From Magallana gigas (taxonomy: Eukaryota), in NCBI RefSeq assembly GCF_963853765.1, contig NC_088859.1, positions 31,868,001 to 31,932,000 of the forward strand: 64,000 nt of DNA, given 5' to 3'. Position 1 is the first letter of the stretch; each line of letters begins with the position of its first letter. The notes beneath the pieces were generated by a model that saw nothing but the letters and a program-made list of their open reading frames with translations, was not told the origin of the DNA and ran no database searches. A program made the translations under genes and the position numbers. Shown here piece by piece: positions 48,798-61,176 of this stretch.

Positions 48798-51700
48798 GAT
48801 TAAACATTCTTTCCTTGTGCATGAATATACAAAATTACCGGTACGAAGAAGTTATTGTAGCATTACATATATAATGAGCATAATTAACAACTAATATTGT
48901 TTAGATTTTCTTTTACAAGACTTACATTCTGAAAGACATTGGTGAGCTCGAGTGGCCCCCTGCCAGCACCACTTCCAAGCCACAGAGCTGACTTGGAACC
49001 ACACTGGTACTTCTTCTGCAGGGAGAGGCAATGTTGTGCCACATTATGTGGAAACGTGTCACGGAACCCAAACTCCAGCTCAATGATTCCATATAAGGAG
49101 TCCTCCGTATCGTAGCTGTAGTGATAGTTGGTGGTGGGAACCCATTTATACTCTACCTCATCAGCATCTGGAATTTCTTTCTCTGCAAGTTTATGAGTCT
49201 TGTTTAATCATTAAGTTGTAAAAAGACATAAAATATTAACATTGATTAAAGACTTGGTGGAACTGTTAGAGTTTTTCTAGGGTGTTGTGGAAGCCTTAAT
49301 TTTTAATGGGGCCAAAATGTGAGTGTTGCTGGCAAAATAAAGGGCATAATGTCATAGACAGAAAACTGTAGAATTTCTTACCCTCTACACCAACTCCGAG
49401 AACAAAAACCTCATCCTTGACCATTCTGGCCGGGACATTAATTTTGTCGGCTAGTTGTAGAGATCGAGCGATTCGGAATCCAGCATGCTGAATGAAATGT
49501 CTTCTGAAGGCAAATCGGGCAAACTTAGATGCTTCATCCCCAGTAGAGACCCAAGAACCACCCTGAAATTTAGAAGGTTGAAAATACTGTAGGTTTTCCT
49601 TGTTAAACATAAGGAATTAAAATGACAAGAAGCAACTCTTTCGGATTTTAAAATCTTGTTTTTATTTTTCAGAAAGTTTTGAATTCAATGAAGTTTTATT
49701 TTAACAAATAAATTGATAGTTGCGATTTGATACAAAACAACAAAATCGCGTGATAAATACTAGTGGAAAATAAGGCATCGGCAGTAAAACCATGGCAACC
49801 TCACAGATTTCCTGAAAGCCTTTACTCATCTTAAATAAAACCAAGTACATGTATTTTCCAGTGCTCACCAGAATAAGGTTATGTCTACCATCAAAGCAGG
49901 GGGAGGAGAAGTCGTCATAATACCAGTGGCTGCTGTAACCGTTCAGTCCATTGAAGTGGTCCTCGGCCCACTCCCAAGCATTTCCAAACACGTCATGGTA
50001 TCCAAGCTCGTTGGCAGGGTACATGTTGACTGGCTGTAAAACAACCAATCAACTTTCAACTTGTACATCACTCTTGTTTGACCAAAAAATGTTGATATTT
50101 AGTTTCAAGGGTCAAATTTTGGAAAAATAAGATAAAGAATGCAGACTTTCTCTCACTTCACCATACAAAGGGGAATTACTCAATTTTTAAAATAAAATTT
50201 TAATAGAAGACTGTGTTCACTCGATTTTGATGGTGTTTACCTAATGTACCTGGTAGTGGTGCTGAGAAAATACTATATTCATTTCATGGGGGCATGAAAA
50301 GGAAAACCAAACAAAGAAATTAAGATGAAAGCAAAGAAAATATCAGGTACAATTGATCTTACTGTAGATGAACCATAGTGCAGGTTAATATTGGCTTTTG
50401 GCTTCTTCTGGTAGATAATGTCTCCATCTATGCCATGTGTAGTTTCCAACTGAAATCAGTAAAATCACACATAAATATTCTCCAAAAATATTAAAACAAT
50501 CACAATCACACTTAAGTACACGAGACCTATCTTCCATTTTTTCTATTTCTTCCCATCTCCACAATTTGAAGATTTCCACTAAGTAATTCCATGATTATGT
50601 TTTCATGTTATATGATACTTTTTTAATCAAGATATTGAAAATGTATAGTATGGCTTTATTTATAGGCATTAAAATGCATTTTGCATGCTATTTTATGGAA
50701 AATTCTAACTATTCTAGCTCCTAAAATAGCCTGGTAATGTACCTTGAAATTTTGGGAAGTAACAGGTTTGAATGTTAATAAATAAGGAATAATATATCAA
50801 GGAAAATTATATAAAATTGATGAACCTCTGGTGTGTCCTTAACAGTAAAAATACCTTCTTTCCTTTAATCACATTTCTCTCAGCTTCAGTCAGAAGTCTG
50901 AAACCAAATCCTTTCCACGCACAGAAAGCGCGCGCTTGATGATAGTTCACCTCAGCCGGCCAATCAACAGGCAGGGGGAGCACATCAAACATGGCTCTGT
51001 ACCTACACAAACCATCCATCACAAGAAATGAGATTCAGTCCAAGTACATTTAACACATTCAATTCCAAAACAGTAAGTAGACATGACTCACATATAAGTC
51101 CTCTTTTCCCCGCCATTGATGACCTCTCTGGAGTGACCATTGGTCAGGGATCCGTTTATGACCCCATTGGTCCCATTGTTAGGAAAATGGCAGGGTGAGT
51201 ACTTGGACAAATCAGCACCACAGCCTCCCTTACAACCTGGAAGAAAAGTAACAAGAGCTTTCAAATAATGCTGTATGAGTTAAACTATAACTTTGTGCTG
51301 ATACAGGTACTTGAGAACAATTGAGATTTAATCATGACACTTGAAATTTATAGCTATAACTTGGTGTAATTAAAAATTATTGGATTATCAATAAGAAAGG
51401 TAAAAATATAGTGTCCCAGGTCCAAAAAGTGAATATAAGAAGGAAAACTGTTTTTTGATATACATGTATATCCTATGTGCAACACAAGATGGCCACTTCC
51501 TTCACCATGGTTGCAGACCCAGAAGACGGGGTGTCTGGACTTACCGTGGTTACAGACCCAGAAGACCGGGTGTCTGGACTTACCGTGGTTACAGAACCAG
51601 AAGACCGGGTGTCTGGACTTACCATGGTTACAGAACCAGAAGACGGGGTGTCTGGACTTACCGTGGTTACAGAACCAGAAGACCGGGTGTCTGGACTTAC

Positions 51701-54700
51701 CGTGGTTACAGAACCAGAAGACGGGGTGTCTGGACTTACCGTGGTTGCAGACCCAGAAGACGGGGTGTCTGGACTTACCATGGTTACAGAACCAGAAGAC
51801 GGGGTGTCTGGACTTACCGTGGTTGCAGACCCAGAAGACGGGGTGTCTGGACTTACCGTGGTTACAGAACCAGAAGACGGGGTGTCTGGACTTACCGTGG
51901 TTGCAGACCCAGAAGACGGGGTGTCTGGACTTACCATGGTTACAGAACCAGAAGACGGGGTGTCTGGACTTACCGTGGTTGCAGACCCAGAAGACGGGGT
52001 GTCTGGACTTACCATGGTTACAGAACCAGAAGACGGGGTGTCTGGACTTACCGTGGTTGCAGACCCAGAAGACGGGGTGTCTGGACTTACCGTGGTTACA
52101 GAACCAGAAGACGGGGTGTCTGGACTTACCGTGGTTGCAGACCCAGAAGACGGGGTGTCTGGACTTACCATGGTTACAGAACCAGAAGACGGGGTGTCTG
52201 GACTTACCGTGGTTGCAGACCCAGAAGACGGGGTGTCTGGACTTACCATGGTTACAGAACCAGAAGACGGGGTGTCTGGACTTACCGTGGTTACAGACCT
52301 AGAAGACGGGGTGTCTGGACTTACCGTGGTTACAGAACCAGAAGACGGGGTGTCTGGACTTACCATGGTTACAGAACCAGAAGACGGGGTGTCTGGACTT
52401 ACCGTGGTTACAGACCTAGAAGACACGGGTGTCTGGACTTATCGTGGTTACAGACCCAGAAGACAGGGGTGTCTGAACTTACCATGGTTGCAGACCAAGA
52501 AGACGGAGTGTCTGGACTTACCATGGTTGCAGACCCAGAAGACGGGGTGTTTGGACTGTCGGTACACCTTCCACTTCCAGCCCTCCTCCGTCCAGAACTT
52601 CTCATCCTCATATCCACCGCTCTCCACAAACTCCAGATACTCCCCATTAGTGATCATAAATTTGGATGCTTCAAATGCAGGGACTCTACAAATGAAAACA
52701 TCATTGTTATAAAACTTTTGTCTGCATTACTCTAAATGGCTTTAATGGATCAACTATTCAAAGTTAGTGGTTAACAGTCACAAGATCCAAACTAAGCTTA
52801 ACCTGGTGGAGAACTCTCCATATTCATTGTCCCATCCGTACGATGGAAAGTCTTTCGGTTTCCCAAAGGTGACATCTTGTGTCTCCACAGATATCAAAGG
52901 ATTCTCCTCCACTCTACCACCTGCATTCAGCATAAGTGAACAACATTTTCTATCACTGTAATCCCTCTATTCGAGATATCATTTAAAAACATCTCTTCAC
53001 ATCATAGCTTTGGCCATCAAATTCTGATCTTACCACATTTGAATGGAGCATACACCCATCCCTTTGGCTTGGTGACCATTTCAACAGGAAGCTGACGGAT
53101 CAACACAGAGGAGGTCTCCAGATGAATTCTTTCATGCTCAATGCCCATCAAAATGGCCCACTACAAAATATATTACCAAATACTGTACGAAAATGAAGAG
53201 ATGAAAACCTCTTAAAACATCCACAATAACTCACTTAAACTAAATCAACAAAAAATTATAACAGCTTTAAGCAAAAAATCCCAGGGAAAAAACACAATTC
53301 AGTTTTTAAAATATCCATATACGAATATATTATTTTTTCTTAAAGGACAATTATACCCATGGAGATTCCATTGTGACGGGGAGATCCAGTGGTGTGTCAT
53401 GAATAACCTTCAAGACCAGGTTACGCACATTTCTCCTGTACTCAACAACGGAGCTCAGTGAGGGCCACTTGTAACTGCCACCCATTCGGTAGTTCTCCTG
53501 TAAAATCAACTTTAAATTACTGTCTTAAAAATTTCATTTCAATGTTTACTTTGGAAACACAATTATGAAAAGGATAAGAACAACTTGTTTTAGTTACAAT
53601 AATTCAGCACCTGTTTTACAGCAAAATAAGGAAATAATATGAATTCGACTCTGTTGGGAGGGATAAAAAAGACCCCATAAAATTTTAACCCCTTAATAAA
53701 TTAGATAAAGTTGTCCAAATTTGACAAAGATTATAAAAAGAACTTTTACCGTATCATCCCAGGACATTTCATCGACACCTGTTTCAAACATGGTCTCAAA
53801 TTCCAAGTTGACTCGTTCCTAGAATCAGTGAAAGTTCATGATACACTTAGATCAAGTATTCAAATAACCGTCTTTCCAGGTCAAGACTTTCTGATCCGCT
53901 CCACTCAACATACATGTACATTGTGAGAAGCTGAGCGGATCAGAAACCCTCCACTTGGGAAAATGATAAATAACTTGATTTAACAGAGTGGTTTCCTTAT
54001 GTAATCACAATAAAATTTGCATCGTTCATATACCCTGGTTATTCAAAATTATTTCTACAAATTTTTTTTTAGAAATGATCTTATGTTGATTCAAAACTTT
54101 CTGTATTCACGTAAAATATAAAATTATATTAATCCCTGATAAAAAGTTCCAGATTAATCCCCATAATTTTACACTTAAATTTTTGTAAGTGCTTTTAAGC
54201 TTTCTCCTAACAGATCGTTTTGAAATTAAAGTTATGTACAACAAATATGAAAATACATGTACAACATACCTTAATAAGGCCGGCCAACATTAGTTTGTTG
54301 ACATACACCACTGCCGTATGGCAAAAGTAAAAAATCAGTGGCAGTCGTAATCGGTCTGGGCATTTGTAAAAAACAGAATCGTCTGGAAAGTAATGAAAAA
54401 GAAGTTTTAAAACAAAATGTCTATAAAAATGCAATATAAATCTGTTGGTCTTCGCAGTATGAATAAAATTAAATGAAATATCTTCAACATTTTATTATAA
54501 GTTTACTATTTACTTTTAATTTATTTGTATTGAGTTGACATGAATCTAAATCATAATATTTTTTGAGAGTTCAATCAAAAAATTTCATCAGATTGTATGA
54601 GAGTGTGTGAGGGAGTGAGAGAATACAAACAATGTTGCTCAATATATACTGGTAATATTACCTTCTATTAATTAAAGTTAATCATTGAGTTTTACAAAAA

Positions 54701-54815
54701 ATGATACCGTACTTGTTTTAGAAGTACGAAGCAGCTAAGTTTCAGCCTAATATTTTTCATATTCATAATTTCTGTATTTTAAACTGGGTGGTGAAGTGAG
54801 GGGGTGGCAATACTG

Positions 54816-54861
<46 letters not shown>

Positions 54862-57386
54862 AATGAAATATTATTTCAGAGTTTAATAATGAGATAAGTA
54901 TTTAATGATTTATTCCTGTTTTAATAGAATACAAAACTGCACATTTCTTTCTGAATCTGTTTTGGTACAAGCCAGAAAGACTACTAAATACAATTAACTC
55001 AAGGATTCGCAATTCTTGAGTAAAATATACCATTAAGTGAAGTGAACAAGCTCTCGTTCAGGTCATAGCTGTTCTCAAAATATTCACACAGCTCTCTGGA
55101 AAATACAAAACATTAATAGCATATCTCTAGCAGCTAGGCAAATAGAATGGCTTTTATTCATAACATTATCAACAAACGCAATTAAAAATTGATTCTTCTT
55201 TTTTTTTTCTTTACATAATTTTAAATTCTTATATAAGTCCTCCCAACAGTGTCTGAGTCATTGCACAGATTTATGTAAGAAAAATTTACAGTGTCACTCA
55301 GGTGTAATGATCGAAGTGATTACCGGCAGGCAATCCATTGATCAAGGCCCTGCACTTACCTAACAGGTTTCAACCCTCACCTTCATTGTACGCCTTAGAG
55401 TAATTGTTCATTATCCACAGTTTTGAAGGTGCATGGGGGTGAAAAGATCTTGCCCATTTGTCTTCAGTATTTGAATTCAATGCAGTTGACAAAAAGCATG
55501 GATCATGCAAGAATTACACATGACATATTGCCAAGCAATATTGATTTGAATCCACTACAGTACTGAAACATGGTTGTCCCTTCATCATATCTTTATTATC
55601 TATTTTCTATTAGGAAAAAAAATCTTTCAACTTTTAAGTAACTGCTATTCAGCATCATATAACATTAAGCAATATACAGTCAAGCAAGGGATTCAACTCT
55701 TCCATCAAACAATGTATCATTCAATTTCCAAATTATCATTCAGTGATTCAACATTCAAGGTAACTTGGTAAGGCTAATTATCTAATTTAGAAAAATGTTT
55801 TGTGAACAAACCATTGCATGGATATGCAAAATACGAGGGTTGATCCAAAAGTAATGTTAAAGATGTGTTAAAATCTTGAAAAATCCACGTAAAGTGACAA
55901 AAACTTCTGCTTTGAGATATCTATTTAATTCAATTCAGTTCTGAAAATTTTATTGCATTATATGATAAATATTTCTAAAGATTATATATATTGTAGAGCG
56001 TGAAGCAAGGATAGTTGCTGCACGCTAGCAACATCATTTCCAGATCTTTGGCATTCTTGTAGAATTTCGTAATTTGGTACTCGATAAATATTGGTCACGA
56101 TGCTCTATTTTACCTTTTTTCATAAAGTATTTAATTACTCTTTTTGTAATTGATGGGGTAGTATATCAGATATTATTTAATGTGCAATCAGTTTGTCAAA
56201 GTCTCTTCAAGAAGTCATGAACATAGCTTTATGATATAGCTCATGATGTAAGAACCTAGTTTTCACTTTCCTTCAGAGTGTATATCTTCTGTCTATTTAA
56301 TTTATTCATTAACATGACATATCCTTTTATTGGATATTGGAACCACATTATGGGTATCCTGTTCACTTGCTCTCAATTTTAGGCTGATATGTCTATTACA
56401 GTACATTTTCTAGTGATTTCTATCCATCAAAGCAAAAAATACCTCAAATCACTATTTTCATGTCCAGTCTTCCTTGATCTTGAGACAAAAGGCATTGCGT
56501 AGATATCCGAAATGGACGATAACGTTCCGTAATTTTTTTAAACAGATAGGAAAAGCCTATAATATATCCGCTTCAAAATATTGTGTTGTTTGGGTCTTTT
56601 TCAAATTTTGAAGCATGTAGTTTATATATATAAATAGAAACCTTAAGAAAGACGTAATTTCATGACGCGGCAATGTCACGTATATACATGTACCATGCTA
56701 TAAACATCAATATCTTGTTGAGTGTTCAACGAAATTTAAACAAAACTTTACTTCAAATTAGAGTTTTGATAAGGAAAATTTTGATGCATCATTTTATGCA
56801 ATACAGCGCAAATGTGAAAAGCGGTACATATGTTGACATTAATTTTGGATCAACCCTTGTATCATGCTGGTATGGGTTTAATAAAAAATAATCAAAAAGC
56901 GAAAAATACGGAAATGCTTAAATTCAACTGTGTTTGTGTAGTCAACTCATCCGCAGTCAATTCTATCCTGACAAAATTTCCCCATCTTTTATAAAATATT
57001 GAACTGGTCAACCATCAAAACTCAATTAAAATATCTATCAGGCAAATCCTTTGTCATTCATGACAGTGCTAAACTAGTCAAAGCAGAGGAAGGTAAAACA
57101 GCTATTAATTTTGACTCATCCAAACTGGGACATACCATCAAACAATACACATGCATTCTCCAGAAAAAAAAATGTCAACATAAACCTGGCCGATCCAAAA
57201 TTGCAAATATACATAAATGCCATCAGACTTCTATTTACCGTTAATTGATTATAAATTTTCTTGAAATAAAAGTGACTACTAGACATTTCATTTGGCTTTT
57301 GACACTTACCCTTTACTACAATTGGACAGGTCTGGTGGCCTTAAGGACTTGAAGGTCAAGTTGCCAGTGAGAATTTTGGACTGCAT
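47358..57386 (-). CDS. ovoA: Ovothiol biosynthesis enzyme OvoA (5-histidylcysteine sulfoxide synthase): DinB-like + FGE-sulfatase + C-terminal methyltransferase-like domains; 18 coding exons, 760 aa
   Basis: Minus-strand exons 57386-57310, 55095-55031, 54382-54270, 53818-53750, 53497-53357, 53160-53034, 52920-52803, 52685-52522, 51236-51092, 51002-50855, 50449-50363, 50033-49869, 49562-49382, 49182-48926, 48720-48571, 48304-48226, 47828-47720, 47445-47358 sum to 2283 nt in one frame. OvoA-type motifs PDRLRLPLIFYFCHTAVVYVNKL, GVDEMSWDD, iron-binding EHERIHLETSSVLIRQLP, YGWDNEYG, WPAEVNYHQA, DVFGNAWEW, YDDFSSPCFDGRH, GGSWVSTGDEASKFARFAFRRHFIQHAGFR. Confidence 0.93.
51504..52557 (-). repeat. 39-bp minisatellite, 27 units, made of the OvoA exon 8 3' end plus the 5' splice site
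   Basis: Minus-strand unit AGTCCAGACACCCCGTCTTCTGGGTCTGCAACCATG|GTA; the first unit is the real exon end (CAG TCC AAA CAC CCC GTC TTC TGG GTC TGC AAC CAT G). Confidence 0.97.
55834..56859. mobile_element. Tc1/mariner-type element, 1026 bp, no intact transposase (OvoA first coding intron)
   Basis: TA|CGAGGGTTGATCCAAAAGTAATGT ... ACATTAATTTTGGATCAACCCTTG|TA; no long ORF inside. Confidence 0.85.
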
Positions 57387-58434
57387 TTTCTGACCTTGTT
57401 TTTTCGCCAAAGCAGCCAAGCTAGTTTCTGGACAGAGGAGTGGGATTCTTTAAAATTCAATCAAAATAATTGGATATACATATGAATTTAAATGTCGATC
57501 TTTAGGTTGGAAATTTTCAAAAACATTGTGTGAATTCCCCTAATTAGTAGTGACTTATGATTTGTTACTTTACAAGATTTTTCATCTGAGTGACATCATT
57601 ATGAAAAAATTATGAAATATATATTATCTGGAACTAAATGTCCAATATTTGTTATTCCATATTCGTTGAACTATCAATCTGTGGTTACTATGCACATGGC
57701 CCCCCTCTGAAAAACTCAAACTTGTCGAATTCAAATATTATAAGGTCAAAATAAATACATGCTCCAGACTACAAATACATGCTTACATTCTTAAAAGAGG
57801 CAAAAGTAAATAACTGAATTTGGGCAAGATACAGTAAAAACTCAATATTTCACTGATGTAAAATGTGCTATTCATTTGTCTTGAAACAATTGATAACACT
57901 GTTATAATGCATAAAATCTTTTTATACTATTAACCCCTCAATAAGACACACTTTACCAACTAAATACATGTAGCATTATCTGCATATAAAGCATAACATT
58001 TGGAGATGGCTCATTTTGAAGACAAATAAGGAACAGTGTATCAATTTTTTTAACATATTGTAAAACTACCAAAGTCAACTTCTCTGTTAATAAGAAGATT
58101 AAATTATATGCGTTATGTATACGGATACATGTACGCCGGTTTCAATTAAACCGGGTTGCGCAACCTGTACGTTATCCCCATGGCGTTTCTATTACCACTT
58201 ATTTATAAAAAATACACAGTTTTAAGTCACTTCGCTGACCATTGAAATAAGCATCTAAACACATGAAAACTAATCACAAAACAGTGGACTGATAATTGAC
58301 TTTAGCGAATATAAAGGCAATATACAAGAGTAGCAATTCACAGGCATGACTGCATTTCTGATGAAAAGTAATTACATGTATACCAAAATCAATAACTAAT
58401 GGACATCGGTAGACTACTAAGATACACATCTTAC

Positions 58435-58614
58435 CGTAAACTTCCAATCGGCAGTTTTGTTTGCCTCCTCTCGGCTCAGCACGATATATCTGATCACGTG
58501 TCGCCAACTTGCAGGCTATTGGTCACACCTCCTTTCGAAACCAATCTATTGGTCGGAAAGGTCGCACACCGCCACACCGACTCACGTGTAGCAGGTTAAA
58601 GTGACCCATGACCC
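58435..58614 (-). promoter_or_regulatory. Probable OvoA non-coding first exon and proximal promoter
   Basis: Minus-strand donor ACG|GTAAGA at 58435/58434; locally GC-rich with CCAAT boxes (~58444, ~58543), CACGTG E-boxes (~58495, ~58583) and GGGTCA-T-GGGTCA (58614-58602). The coding exon at 57386 has an acceptor upstream of its ATG. Confidence 0.55.
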
Positions 58615-59174
58615 AAAAACGTGTTTGGTTTCGATGAGGGTTGGTTACCGTCGACGTACAATTTCGTTCCGACGATGAACTATTATTGTTCATTTACATT
58701 ATATAAGTTTATGTAAGATACAAACAAGGGTTTAAAATCGTTCAAACATTTGACACGTGCGTCGATATACGTTCGGCACTATTAAAGGTACAAACATGTA
58801 CATGTGCTATGATAAATTAGATATACTTCGACTGAAATGAATATATAGTTCATTCTACACCTGAATTAATCTGTCATTATTCTAATTCCAAAACCATATA
58901 ATCCTGCAGAAATAAAAATTTTCTTATAATTACTTTTTTTAGGGGATTAGATATATTAATTCATTTTTGTCTCAAATTAAGATTAAACCTTTTTAAATAT
59001 TTTAGATTTCTAGCAATTAAACAATAAGACCTGCTTTTTAATCCTCATACAACAATTATATTATTAACATGAATTATTCCATCCCTTATAGCATCGTACA
59101 AAATACTATATGAGAGCATTACATTAAAGATGCTTATTTTCATTTATGACAACTTACATACATGTATCTTGTAA

Positions 59175-59528
59175 CAGGCACGTAGTATCAGGAGGGGCCA
59201 GGAGGGGGGGGGGCTGCCCCCCCCCCCCCACTTTTTCTCGCAGCAGGAAATTTTATTAAAATTTACATATAAAAAAATAAATTAACATAGAGTTGCCCCC
59301 CCCCCCACTTTTTTGGGAGTATGTAAAAAATTGATATGAAAATAAGGAAAGGAGTGAAATTGAAGTTATATACTACGCCTCCTCCCCCCCCCCCCCCCCC
59401 CCCCACGGATTAGGATTTTGAAGATTTTGGGAAACTTTAAATTTTCCTTTTTTTTTTTTTTTGCTTGTCAAGATTTTTTGGATGAGTCTGGCCCCCCTCC
59501 CCCTTTCAAAAACGATGCTACGTGCCTG
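59175..59528. mobile_element. G/C-tract MITE with 5-bp TSD, same family as 13369-13817 in reverse orientation
   Basis: TIR CAGGCACGTAGTATC / GATGCTACGTGCCTG; TGTAA on both flanks. Confidence 0.85.
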
Positions 59529-60872
59529 TGTAAACCTTTTAAGTCGAAAACTGGAATCAAACTATCTTATCTAGTACATGTGTCATGGTGTGACATTCAA
59601 TCTTTCGGACTATTTTTAATTACTGTGTAAATTAACTTTTTCGGACTTTGTATTAATTGTTACAAAAACGTTCCCTCTATTTCAACAACGGTTAAAAAAC
59701 GCTCGAAATTCCGCGCAGCCTTGAGTTAATCCCACCTGAGGCACAGTGATTGACTTCTGTTTATGTTTATTTTATTGACACTTCTTTCATCTTATTAATC
59801 CTTCTATGTACATGCTGCTAACATGTCACGAGGTACTCAATAGGTACTTTATAATTGATTTTCTTACTTCTGTACTTATTATGTTAATCATTCATTGTGT
59901 TATTCCATTGTTCATTATATATAATTCTAAATTGTAAATTATAGTCAGTTGGAATCAGACCTTCGGTGCTGATGCATACCAAACTCACGTAAAAGTATAT
60001 TTCACGAAAAGTCTTTATTAAAGTGTGAAAACTAAAACGCGTGTTGGCTTGTTGGAGGTTTATAATGAGGCTGGGTCCAACAACAAGAGAGTAAGCTCAC
60101 GGTTGGCCCAGTATTCTAGTTCCGTACGGGAACGATCGCCCCGTTATACATGTATACTTGTAGAAGTAATTTCAATTGTAAACCGCATTTGATAATCTTT
60201 CCGTTTTTACATTTGCATTAACCCCCCCCCCCCCCCCTTACACGCACGTCTTTTTAAAAGTTTTTAAAAGTAAGAATACCAGCTACATGCACCATTTGTA
60301 AATTATATAGTATTACTAAGTTCAATGCTTATACTATACATGTCATTACATTCGATACCCTTCCCCCGGATATTTAGAACTAGATAGAGTTATATATCAG
60401 GAATCGGTTTATGTTAACGAACTACATCTAATGTTAACGAGTTGTTGATCTACATGTATATGATCTATATCTATATGATATGATATCTATATGGTACGGT
60501 CGTAGATATAAGTAATAAGAATGACCATACACATCCAATCTAGCGTCGATTGAATAATAAAGAAATCAGCCCCCCCCCCCCCCCCCCAAAAAAAAAACAC
60601 AAAAACACACACACACACAAAGACCTCCGGTTGTTTCCGCGACCCCTCTCATTTTTTTCATTTTGTCTGCAATGGAAGTAAAATAATATCACAAAATGTA
60701 ATTGCTCGAACATTTCGGCATATCTTAGCCTATTACCGGTAGCTCGCCCCCACAAAATAAAAACAAAGAAAAAAAAAATATCGTACTAGAACATATTAAG
60801 TATGATGATGACGTAGTGTGATTCATAATTCGTCTTTTGGAACTTGGTGCTTTAATTAAAAATAGTAAAACA

Positions 60873-61176
60873 AAACAAGAGATATTTATGAAACACTTAT
60901 GCCCCCTTTTGGAAACAAAACAAAAACTGCATATTTAAATGGAATTTTTTCCAAGTCCAAGGCGCATAACTCTGTCGAAAATTGTCCGATAGAACCCAAA
61001 ATTAATTTTGACCAAAATAATTTTATTAAAAATCTGTATACTAAATTTCATTTCAATATGTGCAGTCTCTGCGAAGAAAATGAACGGAAACTGTGGACCG
61101 ACAGACAGAGAGACAGAGACGAGCATGCAGCAGCAAAGCAATATGCCCTTCCTTCTTCGAAGGCGGGCATAATAAG
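60873..61176 (-). mobile_element. Short HINE-like element (reverse orientation)
   Basis: AACAAGAG... end, GACAGACAGA microsatellite and hairpin end TATGCCCTTCCTTCTTCGAAGGCGGGCATAAT; architecture mirrors the 42.3-44.9 kb element. Boundaries approximate. Confidence 0.5.

Noticed and set aside
51504-52557. CRISPR-like array
   Set aside because: The units are head-to-tail with no unique spacers, the DNA is eukaryotic and there are no cas genes.
51455-52735. Four long ORFs (275-426 aa) over the minisatellite
   Set aside because: They arise because a 39-bp unit lacks stops in several frames; the region is an OvoA intron plus exon 8, not a repeat-protein gene.
55834-56859. Active mariner transposase
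   Set aside because: TIRs and TA flanks are present, but there is no ORF long enough and no recognisable DD34D motif.
58274-58507. ORF MATRDQIYRAEP... as a coding first exon of OvoA
   Set aside because: It begins at TTG and its donor is phase 1, while the next exon needs phase 2; treated as 5' UTR.
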